DNA of 64,000 bases from Octopus vulgaris (taxonomy: Eukaryota), in the NCBI GenBank assembly GCA_951406725.2, contig OX597818.1:3286001-3350000 (forward strand). The letters run 5' to 3'. A program made the translations under genes and the position numbers. This document shows positions 1 to 12,849 of the stretch, piece after piece. The stretch's first letter is position 1. Each line of letters begins with the position of its first letter. The notes beneath the pieces are model-generated. The model saw only the letters and a list, made by a program, of their open reading frames with translations. It searched no databases and had not been told where the DNA came from.

Positions 1-3000
1 TCTTTCTTCAGTTGCCTGGCCTCTTTGGTGTAATGTCAACGAGTGTCAGCCAGCAACTGACTGACTTGTCAAATTTTTTCTCTTTAAATACCTGCCGCTA
101 GGCTCCAGTAGGCAGCCCCAGCAAATTGTCATGTGACACTGTCTCAACTTTAACTGACCAATGAAGGCGTGTAGTCTTAGTCCACGCATTCTCTAAATGA
201 CCGTTATCTGTCAGTCAGCGAAGCTAATTCAGTGTCAGCTTGTCTCCCTAGTGATGTTATTTCCCGCCGGCATGTTATGACTTTCAAGCCAGTTTTGGTT
301 TTCCCGCTTCAGCCATATATAGAAGCTGGGTTTTTCGACCGCCTCCTGTACTCTCCTTATTAGTTTTCGCAGCTCGGAGCTAGAAAAAACAAATCTTCTT
401 TTGAATAGCGTTGTCATTTTCGTTTCAATGAAGCCTCTAGCCCCCACTGCCAGGTGGTAATACTCGACATTCCATCACTGTTCTCTGCACTCTTCGGTTA
501 CTTTTTCGTACCTCTTCTTTCGTTCCTCTACATTGCCGATGTTCTCTTCCCATGGCACTGTCAGTTCTAGCAAAACTCCTATTCTCCATTCTCTGTTCCT
601 TTTGTCATTTTATTAGTGAAAATATTACTTGTCTTTCCAAATCCATGGCCACCTCCCAGTGTCCCATCTTTCGTTTATCTCATATATTTTACTTGTAGGC
701 CTGGTTTTATATCCTTTTCCCTCCTTCTGGAAGTATACTTTCCTGTGCTTTTCTACTTTTGGGTACTCTCCCCTATTGTACTTCTCGATCTTCTCCTTGA
801 GTGCTGCGCTTATGACACCGAGAACTTGATTATGCTGCCATGTATATCTTTCTAGTGGTAGTCTGCAGTTTGACAGAACATGTCTAACCGTCGCTTTCTC
901 TCCGTATCTACACTCATCAGTTGTTTTTATGTTCCACCAGACTAAGTTCGCCAGTGAGGGTAGACTTGATCAGGAAGGATGTTCTTGCTTGTTCCCAAGC
1001 CCAAAGTTCCTTCCATGATATTCTGTGGCTAATCACATATTCCTCCCATCTCAGGCATTGTTGACTACATTGCACCAAATGTACATTTCGCCTTTCTTCT
1101 TCCTCCTTTCTTACTTCGTATACCACTGCCTCTTTCATCTCTTTTATACTGCTCTTGCAAAATGGCCTGAAATTGCATGACCCTAGGCCGGCTCTTGCCT
1201 CTTGCATCGCTCCGACTATATCTGTGTGCCTTAGTTTTCTGATCGCCCTGTTTACTGCCTCTTCCGCCTTCCATTTCTCCCTGTTCGTACCTTTGGAGGA
1301 TTTTCCCAGATGCTCTGATCTTTTGAATTCTTTAGCATCATTACTGTCCTTGCCTTTCCTTCCTTATATTCTTCGGCGATTGATGTTATTGGTAATTGCA
1401 GCATGGGTTTTCCATATAGTGCAGTTGTGTTCAGTGGTTTCGGCAGACCAAGCCATTTTCTGATAAACACACTGTATCTTTGTTCCATCCGTTCTACTCT
1501 ACTCGAGGCTATTTTGTACATTTGCAATGGCCACATTATCCTTGGGTACAGCCCAAATTGCAGTATCCAACATATGAATTTTCCTGGCAGCGTTGTTCTG
1601 TCAATTGCCTTTAATCCTTGTTCTACTAACTCGTGTGTTTCTTTTCCTTGCTTCTTATCATTTAATAAATCTCTATACCATCTGCCGAGACTCTTTACTG
1701 GTTGTTCTTTCACCGTTGGTATGTCTTCACCTCCTATCCTGAATTTCACTTCTTCGTGCGTTCCTTTCACGAAAGCCACGCTTCGAGATTTTTTAGCTTT
1801 GAATTTCATCATTGCCCATCTTATCAGTTCATCCAACCATTCTAACATTCACTCTGCTGCTTCTCTACTTTCCAATAATACAGTTACGTCGTCCATAAAC
1901 GCCCTTAATGGTGTCTTTGTAACAGCTTTCTCACAGTTTGTAGATCTAAGGAACATTTCCATGACTAGCACAAATAAGATGACTGATATCGTGCATCTGG
2001 CTGCAATACCTATTTCAAGCCATTGCCACTCCGTTGTGAACTTTCCTGCCGTAAATCTCATCCTCAGGTTGTCGTAGTAGAACATGAGCATTCGTTGAAC
2101 ATCTTTTGGAATCCAAAAGAAGTCCATCACTGTTTTTATGAGTGCGTGCGGAACAAATCCATAAGCATTGGCAAGATCTAGCCAAACAATATACAGGTTT
2201 TTCTTCAGTTGTTTTGCACAGGTGATGGCTTCTCAGATGGCAAATGCATGTTCTCTACACCCAGGGATATCGGGGATTCCTGCTTTTTGGATTGCTTCAT
2301 TAACATACCTGTTCTACTGTACGAATCTTATGATTCGCATAGCAATAATTCCAAACACGATTTTCCCGTTAGTATTTAATAATGAAATTGGTCTAAATTG
2401 TTCTAGTATTTTTGCATCTTTTTCTTTAGGTAGATAGATACCTTCAGCTATACACCATCGCTCTGCTACATCTTTCTCCTTCCACATTTCTCTTATCAGT
2501 GCAAACAGCTGCAAATGTAATTTCGAGCAATATTTATATACCTTGTAGCTCACTCCATCGTTCCCTAGTGAACTTTTTGTTCTTGCTTTTCTTATGAACT
2601 CATCCATTTCACTCAAATCAAATGGTACCCTTGGTTCAGGTGGTTTCTTCAGTCCGTGCATTTCTGGGAGTACTTTATTTCTGTCAGAGTCACTGTATGT
2701 CTCTTTCAGATGTTCGAGTTCTTCTTTTGTGCAATCTAATTTTACGCTTTTACTTTCAGTAAATAAATGTTTCGCATATTGATAGGAATTGTTCATAAAG
2801 CTACGATAGTTCTTTTCTCTCTCCTTTCTTCTGCTCTTCCTTCTTTGTTTTCTTAGTAGATCTTGATGCCCATTTTTTATCTCTTCATATAGCTGCTTTA
2901 GCCCTTCTCTTTCCTCCTTCTTTGCATCCCTTCATCTGGTTCTGAGTTTTTTCTTCTCTTCTCGAATCTTTGCAATCCGTCTTTCTCTCCTCGATGGTCC

Positions 3001-3840
3001 ACTCTTTGCCGTTGATTCTACCTTCCCTGTTGTTTCCAGTCCAAATCTTTTCTCTCCTTCCTGGTAGAATGTATTTGCCAGGTTTTCGAGCTTTTGTTTG
3101 TCGTCGCCTTTGAATTTGGTGGTCATTCTTGCTACCACGTTGTCAAATTTTTTATAACTCGCTGCGTCATTTGCTTTCAGCCACTTAAATCTTTGTCCTC
3201 TTCACACCTATCACTCTTTTTGACTGTTCCAATTCAACTGTGGAATGAACCTCGCTATGGTTATTTTCCAGGGCCACACGTCGTATGGTTTATCGACCCG
3301 CGTTGTTGAATTACTTTCTTCTAACACACCTTCCCTTGGTGGATTCTCAGCCCGATGTAACTAGCAAACACCTTTCTGCAACAGCTGAACTCCTCATCTA
3401 TCATTCCTATACCGCTTCCTTTCTCATTGTCCATTTCCGGTCCAAGTCCATTTCGTTTTTTTCTGTTCCTCTTTGAACCTTTATTCTCCCCCCCCCTGGT
3501 CCAGGATCATGGGGGCATGATTTCCCATGCTTTTTCGTTGCAATTTCACCCCGGATCGGGCTGCAAGCCCATTCCATCCTTTGTACTGTCGTACTGTCAA
3601 GCGTCTCTCTGCTTTGTCATCCCTCTTTCTGGATTGTCAGCAAGTCTTTCCCTGCAGTCAGTATCTGAGGAATTACAACCGTGTTTCATGGTCTGCTACT
3701 ACAAGAGCTCCTTTATAGGATCCAGTTAGCTCAAGACATCATCAGGAAGAACCACATCCGGTTTCACCCCCTACTCCTCTACAGTTTTGACCCCCCCCCC
3801 CTTCAGAGGTGTCTTCAGCTCTAGTGTTGGGTGCATGTCT
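1..3840 (-). mobile_element. HERO-like (R2-group, restriction-like endonuclease) non-LTR retrotransposon, near full length, frameshifted
   Basis: Minus-strand fragments in the expected order: N-terminal finger CCRKVFASYIGLRIHQGKVC (~3322-3390), FRPISLLN (2314-2796), GIAARCTIS...RAFMDDVT RT core (1849-2130), YGKPMLQLP (1252-1848), CCHC knuckle with RYTWQHNQVL (~820-915), ELTVPWEEN endonuclease motif (541-567), VGARGF C-terminus (235-447). Confidence 0.88.
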
Positions 3841-4274
3841 TCTTTCTTCTGTTCCCTGGCCTCTTCGGTGTAGCATCAACAAGTGTCAGCCGGCAACTGA
3901 CTGACTTGTCAAATTTTTTCCCTTTAAATACCTGCCGCTAGGCTCCAGTAGGCAGCCCCAGCAAGTTGTCACGTGACACTGTCTCATCTTTAACTGACCA
4001 ATGAAGGCGTGTAGTCTTAGCCCACACATTCTCTAAACGACCGTCACCTGTCAGTCAGCAAAGATAATTCAATGTCAGCTTGTCTCACCTAGTGATGATA
4101 TGACTTTCAAGCCATTTTTGGTCTTCCTGTTTTAGCCATATATAGAAACTGGCTTTTTCGACCGCCTCCTGTACTCTCCTTATTAGTTTTTGCAGCTTGG
4201 AGCTAGGTAAAACAAATCTTCTTTTGAATAGCGTTGTCATTTTCCTTTCAATGAAGCCTCTAGCCCCCACTGCC
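3841..4274 (-). repeat. Direct repeat of 1-451: 5'-truncated second HERO copy (ORF C-terminus plus 3' region) in head-to-tail tandem
   Basis: 3841 onward aligns with 1 onward at offset 3840. ORF 4085-4270 is a paralog of 235-447. Homology ends at tagcccccactgcc (451/4274). Confidence 0.92.
3895..3930 (-). promoter_or_regulatory. Candidate Pol II core promoter (TATA + initiator) in the HERO repeat; second copy at 55-90
   Basis: Minus strand reads TATTTAAA (3930-3923), then TCAGTCAGTT with the Inr A 28-32 nt downstream. A CCAAT lies ~60 nt upstream. Conserved in both repeat copies. Confidence 0.5.
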
Positions 4275-5270
4275 TAGGGTGTAATCCTGGAGTGAAAGAG
4301 CAAAACAAAGAGAGGCTTATGTTTTAGTCTAATATATCTCACTGTGGAAAAATTAAAAGGTATGGGAAAGATAAACAGAGAAACAGTTGGAGATGGAAAG
4401 GAAGAAAAGTAGGAAGATTACATGTATATAAGTGGTATAGTTATCCCATTATTTATCTTTTATCCACTGCAGTATAACCTCTAATATTAATTATCAATAC
4501 ATTATACAGTTTTAGAGTGAACAGTTAGTAAAGATCATTTAGAGAAATATGTAACTTTTATTATACATTAAGTTTGTAAATTCTATAGTTTATGTTTGTG
4601 CTGACATGCTATAAAATGAAAGTAAAAAAAAAATTAGGAATAAACCAGCTTTATTTAAATTTCAAGTTATCATTCTGTGTAAATATTCTTAACTCAAAAA
4701 TATTTAAGATCTTGGGTGATGAAAAAAGTTACAAGTTAAAAGAACAGTGATATCCTGTTTATCATTCTTTGTAAATATTCTTAATAACTAAAAAAAAACT
4801 AAGATCTTGGCTTCAGAACTGAAGATGAGGAAAGTTTGAGGAAATATCTTGCATGACAAATATGTCCAGCCGATATCAACAAGGATAATAGCTATTGATA
4901 TGCCAACAAAGATAACAATTCGCAAATTATACCACTCAGCTTTACCATCGAGTCATATAAGGAATTATGTTATAAATAAAAATATTATAAAATTATATAA
5001 ATCTCAACAAATATGAGAATTGTTCTCTGATAGGATAAACACATTATTATATACATAAGTTATTAAAAATATCAAAGCAGTAAGTTACCTTAGAAATGTA
5101 GATATAATTGTGATTATATAAAATATAATTTTGGGAGCTTTTTATCACATGCTTTTTTCCTGTGTAGATGCATTCATGGTTATAGAGTTATTTTTCATAG
5201 AATGACTTTTGTCATCGATAGAGTTGCTGTCTTGTCAGAATACATATTCATGCACACTCACACATATATA

Positions 5271-6182
5271 TGAGGTCTGATCAAAAAGTATTGGGGTTGG
5301 TGCTATAAAAGCAAAAACTACAACAAATATCAATTGGGTATTTAATCTCCTTCGAATTAGTCCCCTTCTGAGGCTACACACTTTATCCAGTATCATTTCC
5401 ATTGATGGAAGCATTCCTGGAACTCCTTTTTGGGGGGTAGTGAGGAGCTGACTCATTGCATTCTCTTGAATTTCCTTGATGTCTTGAAACCTTGTCCTTT
5501 TCAAATGGGATTTGCTTTTTGGAAAGAGAAAAAGTCACAAGTGGTGAGATCTGGGAAATATGGTGGTTGTCAAACCTGGGGAACATTGTGCTTGACCTAA
5601 AACTGCTGCACAAGCAGTTTTGAATGAACAGGTGTGCTGTCATGGTGGAACTGTCACTCATCGGACACATGTAATTCTGTCCTTTTCCAATGAATACCAT
5701 CCTTCAAATTCTGCAAAATGTCACTGTAGTACTCCTTGTTTACTTTCTGACCAGGTGCAGCATACTCATAATGAACAATGCCCTTGTAGTTGAAGAAAAC
5801 TTCACATTGCTTCAACTCATTTGTGCTTTCTTCAGGCTCAGAGAGGTTGAGATTTTCCAAGCATTGCTATGAACAATAGAAGTGAATGAGAACATTATAA
5901 CTTAGTGTGAATGCTCAACAGAGTCCAAGGTCAATCTGTGTGAAGTGACTTCATTCTGCATACTTTAGCTCCTATACTTTTTGATCAAGGAAATGCAAGA
6001 GAATGCAAAGTGGCATTCCCCCAAAAAAGAGTTACTGGAATGCTCCCATTAATGGAAATGATATTGGATAAAGTGTGTGGCTTCATAAGATAGACTACTT
6101 CATAGGATATTAAAAGCCAAACTGATATATGATTTAGTTTTCTTTTATGGCAGTCCTGATACATTTTGATCAAACCTTGTAT
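5271..6182 (-). mobile_element. Degenerate Tc1/mariner element plus an inverted 3'-end fragment
   Basis: TA + tgaggtctgatcaaaaagtat TIR at 5271 and atactttttgatca at 5974-5987. Transposase remnant VFFNYKGIVHYEY..GQKVNKEYY (5654-5860). 6010-6182 is an inverted copy of ~5271-5440 ending in a TIR. Confidence 0.82.
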
Positions 6183-6376
6183 AGTTAAATGATTTTTTTT
6201 TTGAGAAATATTATACCACAAACATCCCAGTAACACTGTTTCTCTCTTGGATGAATATGTTCATGAGTAGTAAAGGTATATCTATAAGAAAATGATTGAC
6301 AACATACAATTACAACAATAAGGCTCATCTCTTGTATGAACACATTAGTAGTTAAGTTAACTTACTACAAAGTGAT

Positions 6377-7867
6377 TTACCATATATCACCAAGATATGA
6401 TTTTTCTCGTAAATGAATGTATTTGTGTTTAGTTAAGGCACTTCCTTCTGAGAATGATTTACCACAGATATCACAATGAAATGGTTTCTCACTTGTATGA
6501 ACACGTTTGTGTTTAGTTAAGTCACTATTTTGAGAGAACGATTTATTACAGATATCACAATGATATGGTTTCTGCCCTGTATGAATATATTTATGAATAG
6601 TTAAATGACTTGTTTGAGAGAATGATTTACCACAGATATCACAGTGATAAGGTTTCTCTCCTGTATGAATATACTTGTGAGTAGTTAAATGACCTGTCTG
6701 AGTGAATGCTACACCACAGATATCACAGCAGTAGGGCTTCTCTCCTGTATGAATGCGATTGTGTTTAGTTAAATGACTTTTTACTGAGAATAATTTACCA
6801 CAGATATCACAGTGGTATGGTTTTTCTCCTGTATGAATATGTTTGTGAGTAGTTAAACTACTTCTTACAGAGAATGATTTTCCACAGACATCACAGTGAT
6901 ATGGCTTCTCTCCTGTATGAACACGTATGTGAGAAGCTAGGTAACTTGTTTCAGAGAATGATTTACCACAGATTTCACAGTGACACAGGTGCTTTCCTGT
7001 ATGGATACATCTGTTGTGTATAATTAATTGACTTGTTTGAGAGAAAGATTTGCCACAGATATCACAGTGATATGGTTTCTCTCCAGTATGAATACGATTG
7101 TGTTTAGTCAAGTGACTTTTTTCAGAGAAAGATTTTCCACAGATATCACAATGATGTGGCTTCTCTCCTGTATGAATATATCTGTGAGAAGTTAAGTGAA
7201 CTCTTTGAAAGAATGATTTACCACAAATATCACAATGAAATGCTTTCTCTCCTGTATGAATACGAATGTGCTTAGTTAGGTTACCTCCTTCAGAGAATGA
7301 TTTACCACAGACACCACAGTGATATGGTTTTTCTCCTGTATGACTACGTTTGTGAGTAGTTAATTCACTTGTTCGAGAGAATGATTTACCACAGATGTCA
7401 CAGTGATATGGCTTCTCTCCTGTATGAATATATTTGTGAGTTGTTAAGACATTACTTCGAGAGAATGATTTACCACAGATATCACAGCAATATGGTTTCT
7501 CGCCTGTATGAATACGTTTGTGTTTAGTTAAGGTACCTCCTTCTGAGAATGATTTACCACAAATATCACAATGATATGGCTTCTCTCCTGTATGAATGCG
7601 TTTGTGAGTAGTTACTTCACATGTTCGAGAGAATGATTTACCACAGATATCACAATGATATGGCTTTTCTCCTGTATGAATGCGTCTGTGAGTAGTCAAG
7701 ACATTATTTCGAGTGAAAGATTTACCACAGATATCACAGCAATATGGTTTTTCTCCAATGTGAATATGTTTATGAGTAAAGAGATTAGCTTTCTGAGAGA
7801 ATGACTTATCACAATGGAATGATGTTTTTCCTGTATCTTTCAGCATCACATCAGGAAGATCACTCAT
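6377..7867 (-). CDS. Tandem C2H2 (Kruppel-type) zinc-finger protein, 496 aa, 16 complete fingers plus one degenerate N-terminal finger, no effector domain visible
   Basis: Uninterrupted ORF of 28-aa CxxC...H...H repeats with TGEKP linkers. Upstream polypyrimidine splice acceptor (tgtttctttgtttcag) with the exon starting at 8181. Confidence 0.93.
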   Translation of the reverse strand: MSDLPDVMLKDTGKTSFHCDKSFSQKANLFTHKHIHIGEKPYCCDICGKSFTRNNVLTTHRRIHTGEKPYHCDICGKSFSRTCEVTTHKRIHTGEKPYHCDICGKSFSEGGTLTKHKRIHTGEKPYCCDICGKSFSRSNVLTTHKYIHTGEKPYHCDICGKSFSRTSELTTHKRSHTGEKPYHCGVCGKSFSEGGNLTKHIRIHTGEKAFHCDICGKSFFQRVHLTSHRYIHTGEKPHHCDICGKSFSEKSHLTKHNRIHTGEKPYHCDICGKSFSQTSQLIIHNRCIHTGKHLCHCEICGKSFSETSYLASHIRVHTGEKPYHCDVCGKSFSVRSSLTTHKHIHTGEKPYHCDICGKLFSVKSHLTKHNRIHTGEKPYCCDICGVAFTQTGHLTTHKYIHTGEKPYHCDICGKSFSQTSHLTIHKYIHTGQKPYHCDICNKSFSQNSDLTKHKRVHTSEKPFHCDICGKSFSEGSALTKHKYIHLREKSYLGDIW

Positions 7868-8749
7868 TTTAGACTCTGTTATGCATTTAACATGGTTCTC
7901 AATTCATTTTCCATAACTTTTCTTCTTTGAACACATTATATCGTTTGTCTTTTTGTTTTCATACTTTATTCCTAACGAATATTTTTAGTGTTTTTATCAG
8001 TAACTAAAGATACTGCTAACTCTATAAATTTGTCCAAGTTAATCCTGTACAGATTCCAGATAGTAATCCACCAAGAATTTATATAAACAGGGTTATATGG
8101 ATTCAGTGTAATACCTTCCTTTTTTGTTGAATATGATGTATCTAAGTAAAAATTTCTTTTACTTCAATGTCATCTGATATTCTGAAACAAAGAAACAGTA
8201 TGAGATATAGAGAACAGCTAAAAAGTAGAGATTCAACAGTGGACATTTACTACAATACCATATTGATAAATTGTAAATATAAATCATTGGCAAAACATTT
8301 GAACTTTACTCTGTAAGTAGTTATTAAAATTACATCATACATTCTTATATGAAGTCTACATATTTACCAGCTACAGCTACACCTTCATATTGTGTGAAAT
8401 TATATATGTTAAACCAAGAAAATTGGAGGATAACATTCTTTTATACCCAGAAACATCATTTGTTGTTGCTCAAATTTAAGTCAGTTCTGAGTGAGTAGGC
8501 CTATCATCAAAGTAATTTTGTTTTCAGGGTTGCTACAAATTACACAAGATCAAACAAATAGAAACAAATTGAAGAATGAGAAAAACAATGTTAACAAAAA
8601 TGTACTTGATATAAATCTTGTTCAGTGAATGACAGTTGATCCTTTTGATACCAACCAGCCTGAGTTTGCCCCTGATTCTATGATACAAGCAGACAAATTT
8701 AAAGTGAACAATTACACTGTCAAATAAATTTGACTGTTTCTTTCCAATG

Positions 8750-9720
8750 TTATTTCAATTGGCACACAAAAATACTTTTATTGATTTTTTTTTTTTAACT
8801 TTACTCTTCCTCAGCAACTTTTGCTTATCATTATTGAACTTCGAATGATTTTTACCTCTTTTCAAACATATGACAATAAAGTGCCAAGTAGAAAACAATT
8901 TGCATTGCAACACCTGCTGCTCTTCACTTTCATTCAAGCTGTCAAAGCCACCCGAGACATTTGTGTTGTTATGGAGAAGAACATTATTACTAAAAGACCT
9001 GTAAAGAAATGGTTTCTACATTTCAGGGAGGGGAAATTCAACTTCACAAATTCTTTGTAGTCCATCTGACTTATGCACTGCATTGAAGAACAATTGAATG
9101 AGCTCACCCATGAAGATCCATACCAAACCACTAGAGAAGTGGCCCTGCAGTTGTGATGCTGTCATAATACTATTGCCTATCACTTTCATTCAATGGGTAA
9201 AGTTCAAAAATTCAGTGCTTGGATGCCACATGCTCTGAACCAAAGGGACAAATGCCAGCACTCCTCTATCACTGCCAGTCTGCTCACTTGACACCAGGCT
9301 AGTCGAGGAGACAAAGATTTCTTCACTGCACTGTCACTGGTGAAGAAAATGGTGTCTCTACTTCAATTTGAAGTAGAGGAAAGAGTGATCTCCATCCCTT
9401 GCCACTAATTTGACTAAAAATGCTATTCAAGAGTTGTTAAGAAGTTCTATCACACCCACTATATTCTTCTGATTATCACCACTTTTGGTCATTCACCAAC
9501 AATGATGTGGAGCTGAAAATGTGGGTTGTTGAATTCTTAATTCTTTGAGTCAAGACTCAGTGATTTCTACCATTAAGGTAGAAGCTAGTGACAAGCTAGT
9601 GGAATGTTGCCAGAAAGTTGTGAACAAGAAAATATTATTAACTGATTTGTTAAAACTGTTGAAAGATAGGGATTAAAACAGGGGGTAAAAAACAATGAAT
9701 TTGTTTGACAACCAAATACT
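8750..9720 (+). mobile_element. Degenerate mariner (Hsmar/Mos-like) transposon
   Basis: Remnants KATRDIC, KKWF..FREG, W(M)PHAL, TVTGEE and HPLYS.D. TIR-like gaatttgtttgacaaccaaata at ~9697-9718. Confidence 0.75.
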
Positions 9721-10059
9721 TTTTAAATTTTCCATCATAATTTAAAGAGAATTAAAACATCAGATTTATGATGACAAATATATTTTATGAAGTACTTTAA
9801 TGTTTTCAAACTTAATTGAAAAAAAGGCATTAAATTTCAACAGAAACATAGTAACAAGAATGCTCAGATGCTGCAAAGTTGTGATTCTCCTGAGTCCTGT
9901 TTACAATTATTTTCAATGAACTTCAAGAAAAATATCTATATACATATCTGTATACATACACAGACAATATAAGTACAGATATATATTATTTTATGGATTT
10001 CTGTCCAAAGTGTGTGGTCATACTGGGGCACTGCCGGTATAATCACTTACTCAAAAAGA

Positions 10060-10170
10060 TACTTACAGTACCTAGGTTTTCTAAGCAGTTGCCCATCTAA
10101 GTACTAACTAGGATTGACATTGCTTAACATCAGTGACTAGACAAGAACCGGTGCATTCAATGTGATATAT
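10060..10170 (-). pseudogene. 5S rRNA pseudogene (degenerate, 5' end clipped)
   Basis: acttacagtacctagg...cccatctaagtactaactagg...tgcttaacatc..gactagacaagaaccggtgcattcaatgtgata matches the reverse complement of eukaryotic 5S rRNA. An oligo-T terminator (aaaaa on +, 10053-10057) follows the 3' end. Confidence 0.82.
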
Positions 10171-10179
10171 ATTATCAAA

Positions 10180-12425
10180 CACACCTACACAATCTATGTC
10201 CTTATCTTGTGTACATAATCTTCCATGCTAGAAAGACTTTACTCTTCAGTGAGAACACAGAGTGTGTCAAGACTACCAATACAGAGAGTGCATTTAATGT
10301 GAGCATGGGGTCATATGATGGAGCAGGCATATGCAATCTCATTGGACTATTCCTACTTGATACGTTGGGCAAGACTTTTCCTGATGTATATTTCACTGTT
10401 TACAAAGATGATGCCCTAGCTTTAACTGCAAATACCAATGGACCAGCACAGGATCAATTTAGGAAGGACATTATCAAATTGATGGAAACTTTCAGCCTTA
10501 GCTGATACCAGCCTGATGGTTGTCAATTTTCTAGATGTATCCTTAGATCTAAATAAGAATATTTATAAACCTTATAGGAAGCCCAACGATAGACTTAGTT
10601 ATATTAATATGGGTTCCTGCCATCCCCCTATAGTGTTTAAAAATTTAGTTAAAAACAGCAAAAGAATTTCTAGCCTCTCCTCCGATAAGGACATTTTTAA
10701 TAGTGTTGCCCCAGTATATAATAAGGCTCTAAAAGATAGTGGATTTAGCAAGGAAATAACCTATACACCTGCCACCAGCCCAATAATAAAGAAAAGGAAA
10801 TATAGAAATAGGAAAAGTATCTGGTTCACACACCCCTACTCACCTGAAGTGACCTTTAATATAGGTAAGTATTTCTTAGCACTGATGGATAGACATTTTC
10901 CAGTCAACCATAGTTACAAAAAGCTCTTCAATAGACATAACTTAAAAATCAGTTTTAGCTCAACTACTAATTTTAAAAATATAATTGCACACAACACACA
11001 AAAACAATAAAATGCAACCAGCTGTTCATGCAGGGATTAAAATTTGTGCCTGCTAAATGGAGCTTGCATGTCTGAGACCATCATTTATGAGGCCACCGTG
11101 GACTCTATATCCACTAAGAACGCGATTTCGACGAAGAAATACATGGGCCTCACAGAGAGTAATTTCAAGGTCAGGTTGAATAATCACAACTTGAGCTTCA
11201 GGCACTGGGATAAAAGGAAAACGACCAAATCATCCAGTCATATATGGTCCTCAAAAGATAAAGGTATCAGTTACAACATCCACTGGAAGATCTTAGCCAA
11301 GTGTAAGCCCTACACCAATGGCAGTGGAAAGTGTGGTCTTTGTGATATGGAAAGATGGCTCATCTGGAAAAGCAGAATTGAACTTTTTGGATCATGTCCA
11401 CATGTGGCTAAATATTTGTTACATTTTTGGTCCCCACAAGATCACAGATAGAACGTGTTTTTTTTATATTGTGTCCATGTATGAGCTTTTTATCTCTCTA
11501 TACTTTTTACTTATATCTCTTATATATTTTTTTACATATCTTTTTACACAGTTATTGAGATATATTTTTATTGCTCATATATTTTTACACATTTTTTCTG
11601 TATTTTACCTTTCACCCTGCATTTTTCTTGTGCATGTGCGTATATAGATGTGTATATGAAATTTTTTTGTGCACTGTGTGTGCATTAGCAGGTATGTATA
11701 TATTCTTTTGGTGTATGTGTGGGTGCGCATTTCAAGTGAGTGTGGATGAGAATATGCATATAGGCACATGTACGTGGGTGTGCGTGCGTGCATGTGTATG
11801 TATGGACATGCATGCATACGTGATTGTTATGAGCATCTTTACTCCTTTACTTTTTATAGCTTTATATATTTTTACACAATTTTTCTGTATTTTATCTTTC
11901 ACTCTGATTTTTTCTTGAGCATGTGCGTATATAGACGTGTATATGAACCGTTTTGTGCACATGTGTGTGAGCGAGTGTGCGCATATGTATATTTTTTGGC
12001 GAATGTGTGGGTGCGCAAGTGTGTTTCAAGCGAGCATGGATGAGAATATGCATATAGGCACATGTACATGGGTGTGCATGCATGCATGTGTATGTATAGA
12101 CATGCGCGCATATGTGATTGCTAGGAGCATTTTTACTCCCTCCCCTTTAGTTTTTTCCCTTATTTAACGGTCATTCTAACGTCTCTTTTGCCTTAATAAT
12201 GGTCAATCACATAGTAGTTTTCTTTTGTTTAGCGGTTATTTTCTTAGCATATTTTGATTGCCTTGATAACTTAAAAGATGCCAGTGCAGGTTTCTGCCCC
12301 AAACATCCGAAACTCGGAGTTTTATCATGGCAACTGAATAAGTGTCACATACTATATTACAGATAAATTCCTCTATTTACATAATATCGAGGTCTCTTTC
12401 ATTCTTTTGTTGTCTAACCATTACT
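10180..12425 (+). mobile_element. Penelope-like element (Neptune-type RT + C-terminal GIY-YIG), 5'-truncated and frameshifted, with low-complexity 3' region/pLTR
   Basis: FNVSMGSYDGA, YKDDAL, NFLDVSLDL, YRKPN, WFTHPYS, CLLNGAC, IIYEATV..KYMGLTE..FKVRLNNH and CGLC in ORFs 10209-11451. ~290-bp tandem duplication at ~11578-12140. Hammerhead relic at 12258-12333. Confidence 0.88.
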
Positions 12426-12483
12426 ATCAATATATATATATATTATATATATATTGATATACATATATATATTTATATACTAT

Positions 12484-12849
12484 GGTAAGTAGCTTGTTTA
12501 CCAACCGCATGGTTCTAGGTTCAGTCCCACTGAGTGGCACCTTGGGCAAGTGTCTTCTACTATAGCCTTCGGCCGACCAAAGCCTTGTGAGTGGATTTGG
12601 TAGACAGAAACTGAAAGAAGCCTGTCGTGTGTGTGCGTGTGTATATGTTTGTGTGTTTTGTTTGTCCCCCCCAACATCGCTTGACAACCGATAGTGGAGT
12701 GTTTACGCCCCATAACTTAGCAGTTAGGGAAAAGATACCGATAGAAATAGTACTAGGTTTACAAAGAATAAGTCCTGGGGTCGATTTGCTCGACTAAAGG
12801 CGGTGCTCCAGCATGGCTGCAGTGAAATGACTGAAACAAGTAAAGAGAA
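12484..12849 (+). mobile_element. tRNA-derived SINE family A
   Basis: B-box-like ggttcagtcc, core caccttgggcaagtgtcttct, tail gctccagcatggctgcagt..atgactgaaacaagtaaa. Same family recurs at 23793, 34212, 39543 and 45490. Confidence 0.85.

Noticed and set aside
6377-7867. 84-bp periodic repeats resembling a CRISPR array
   Set aside because: They are coding C2H2 finger repeats; no cas genes; eukaryotic context
10060-10170. Functional 5S rRNA gene
   Set aside because: Many substitutions, clipped 5' end, solitary
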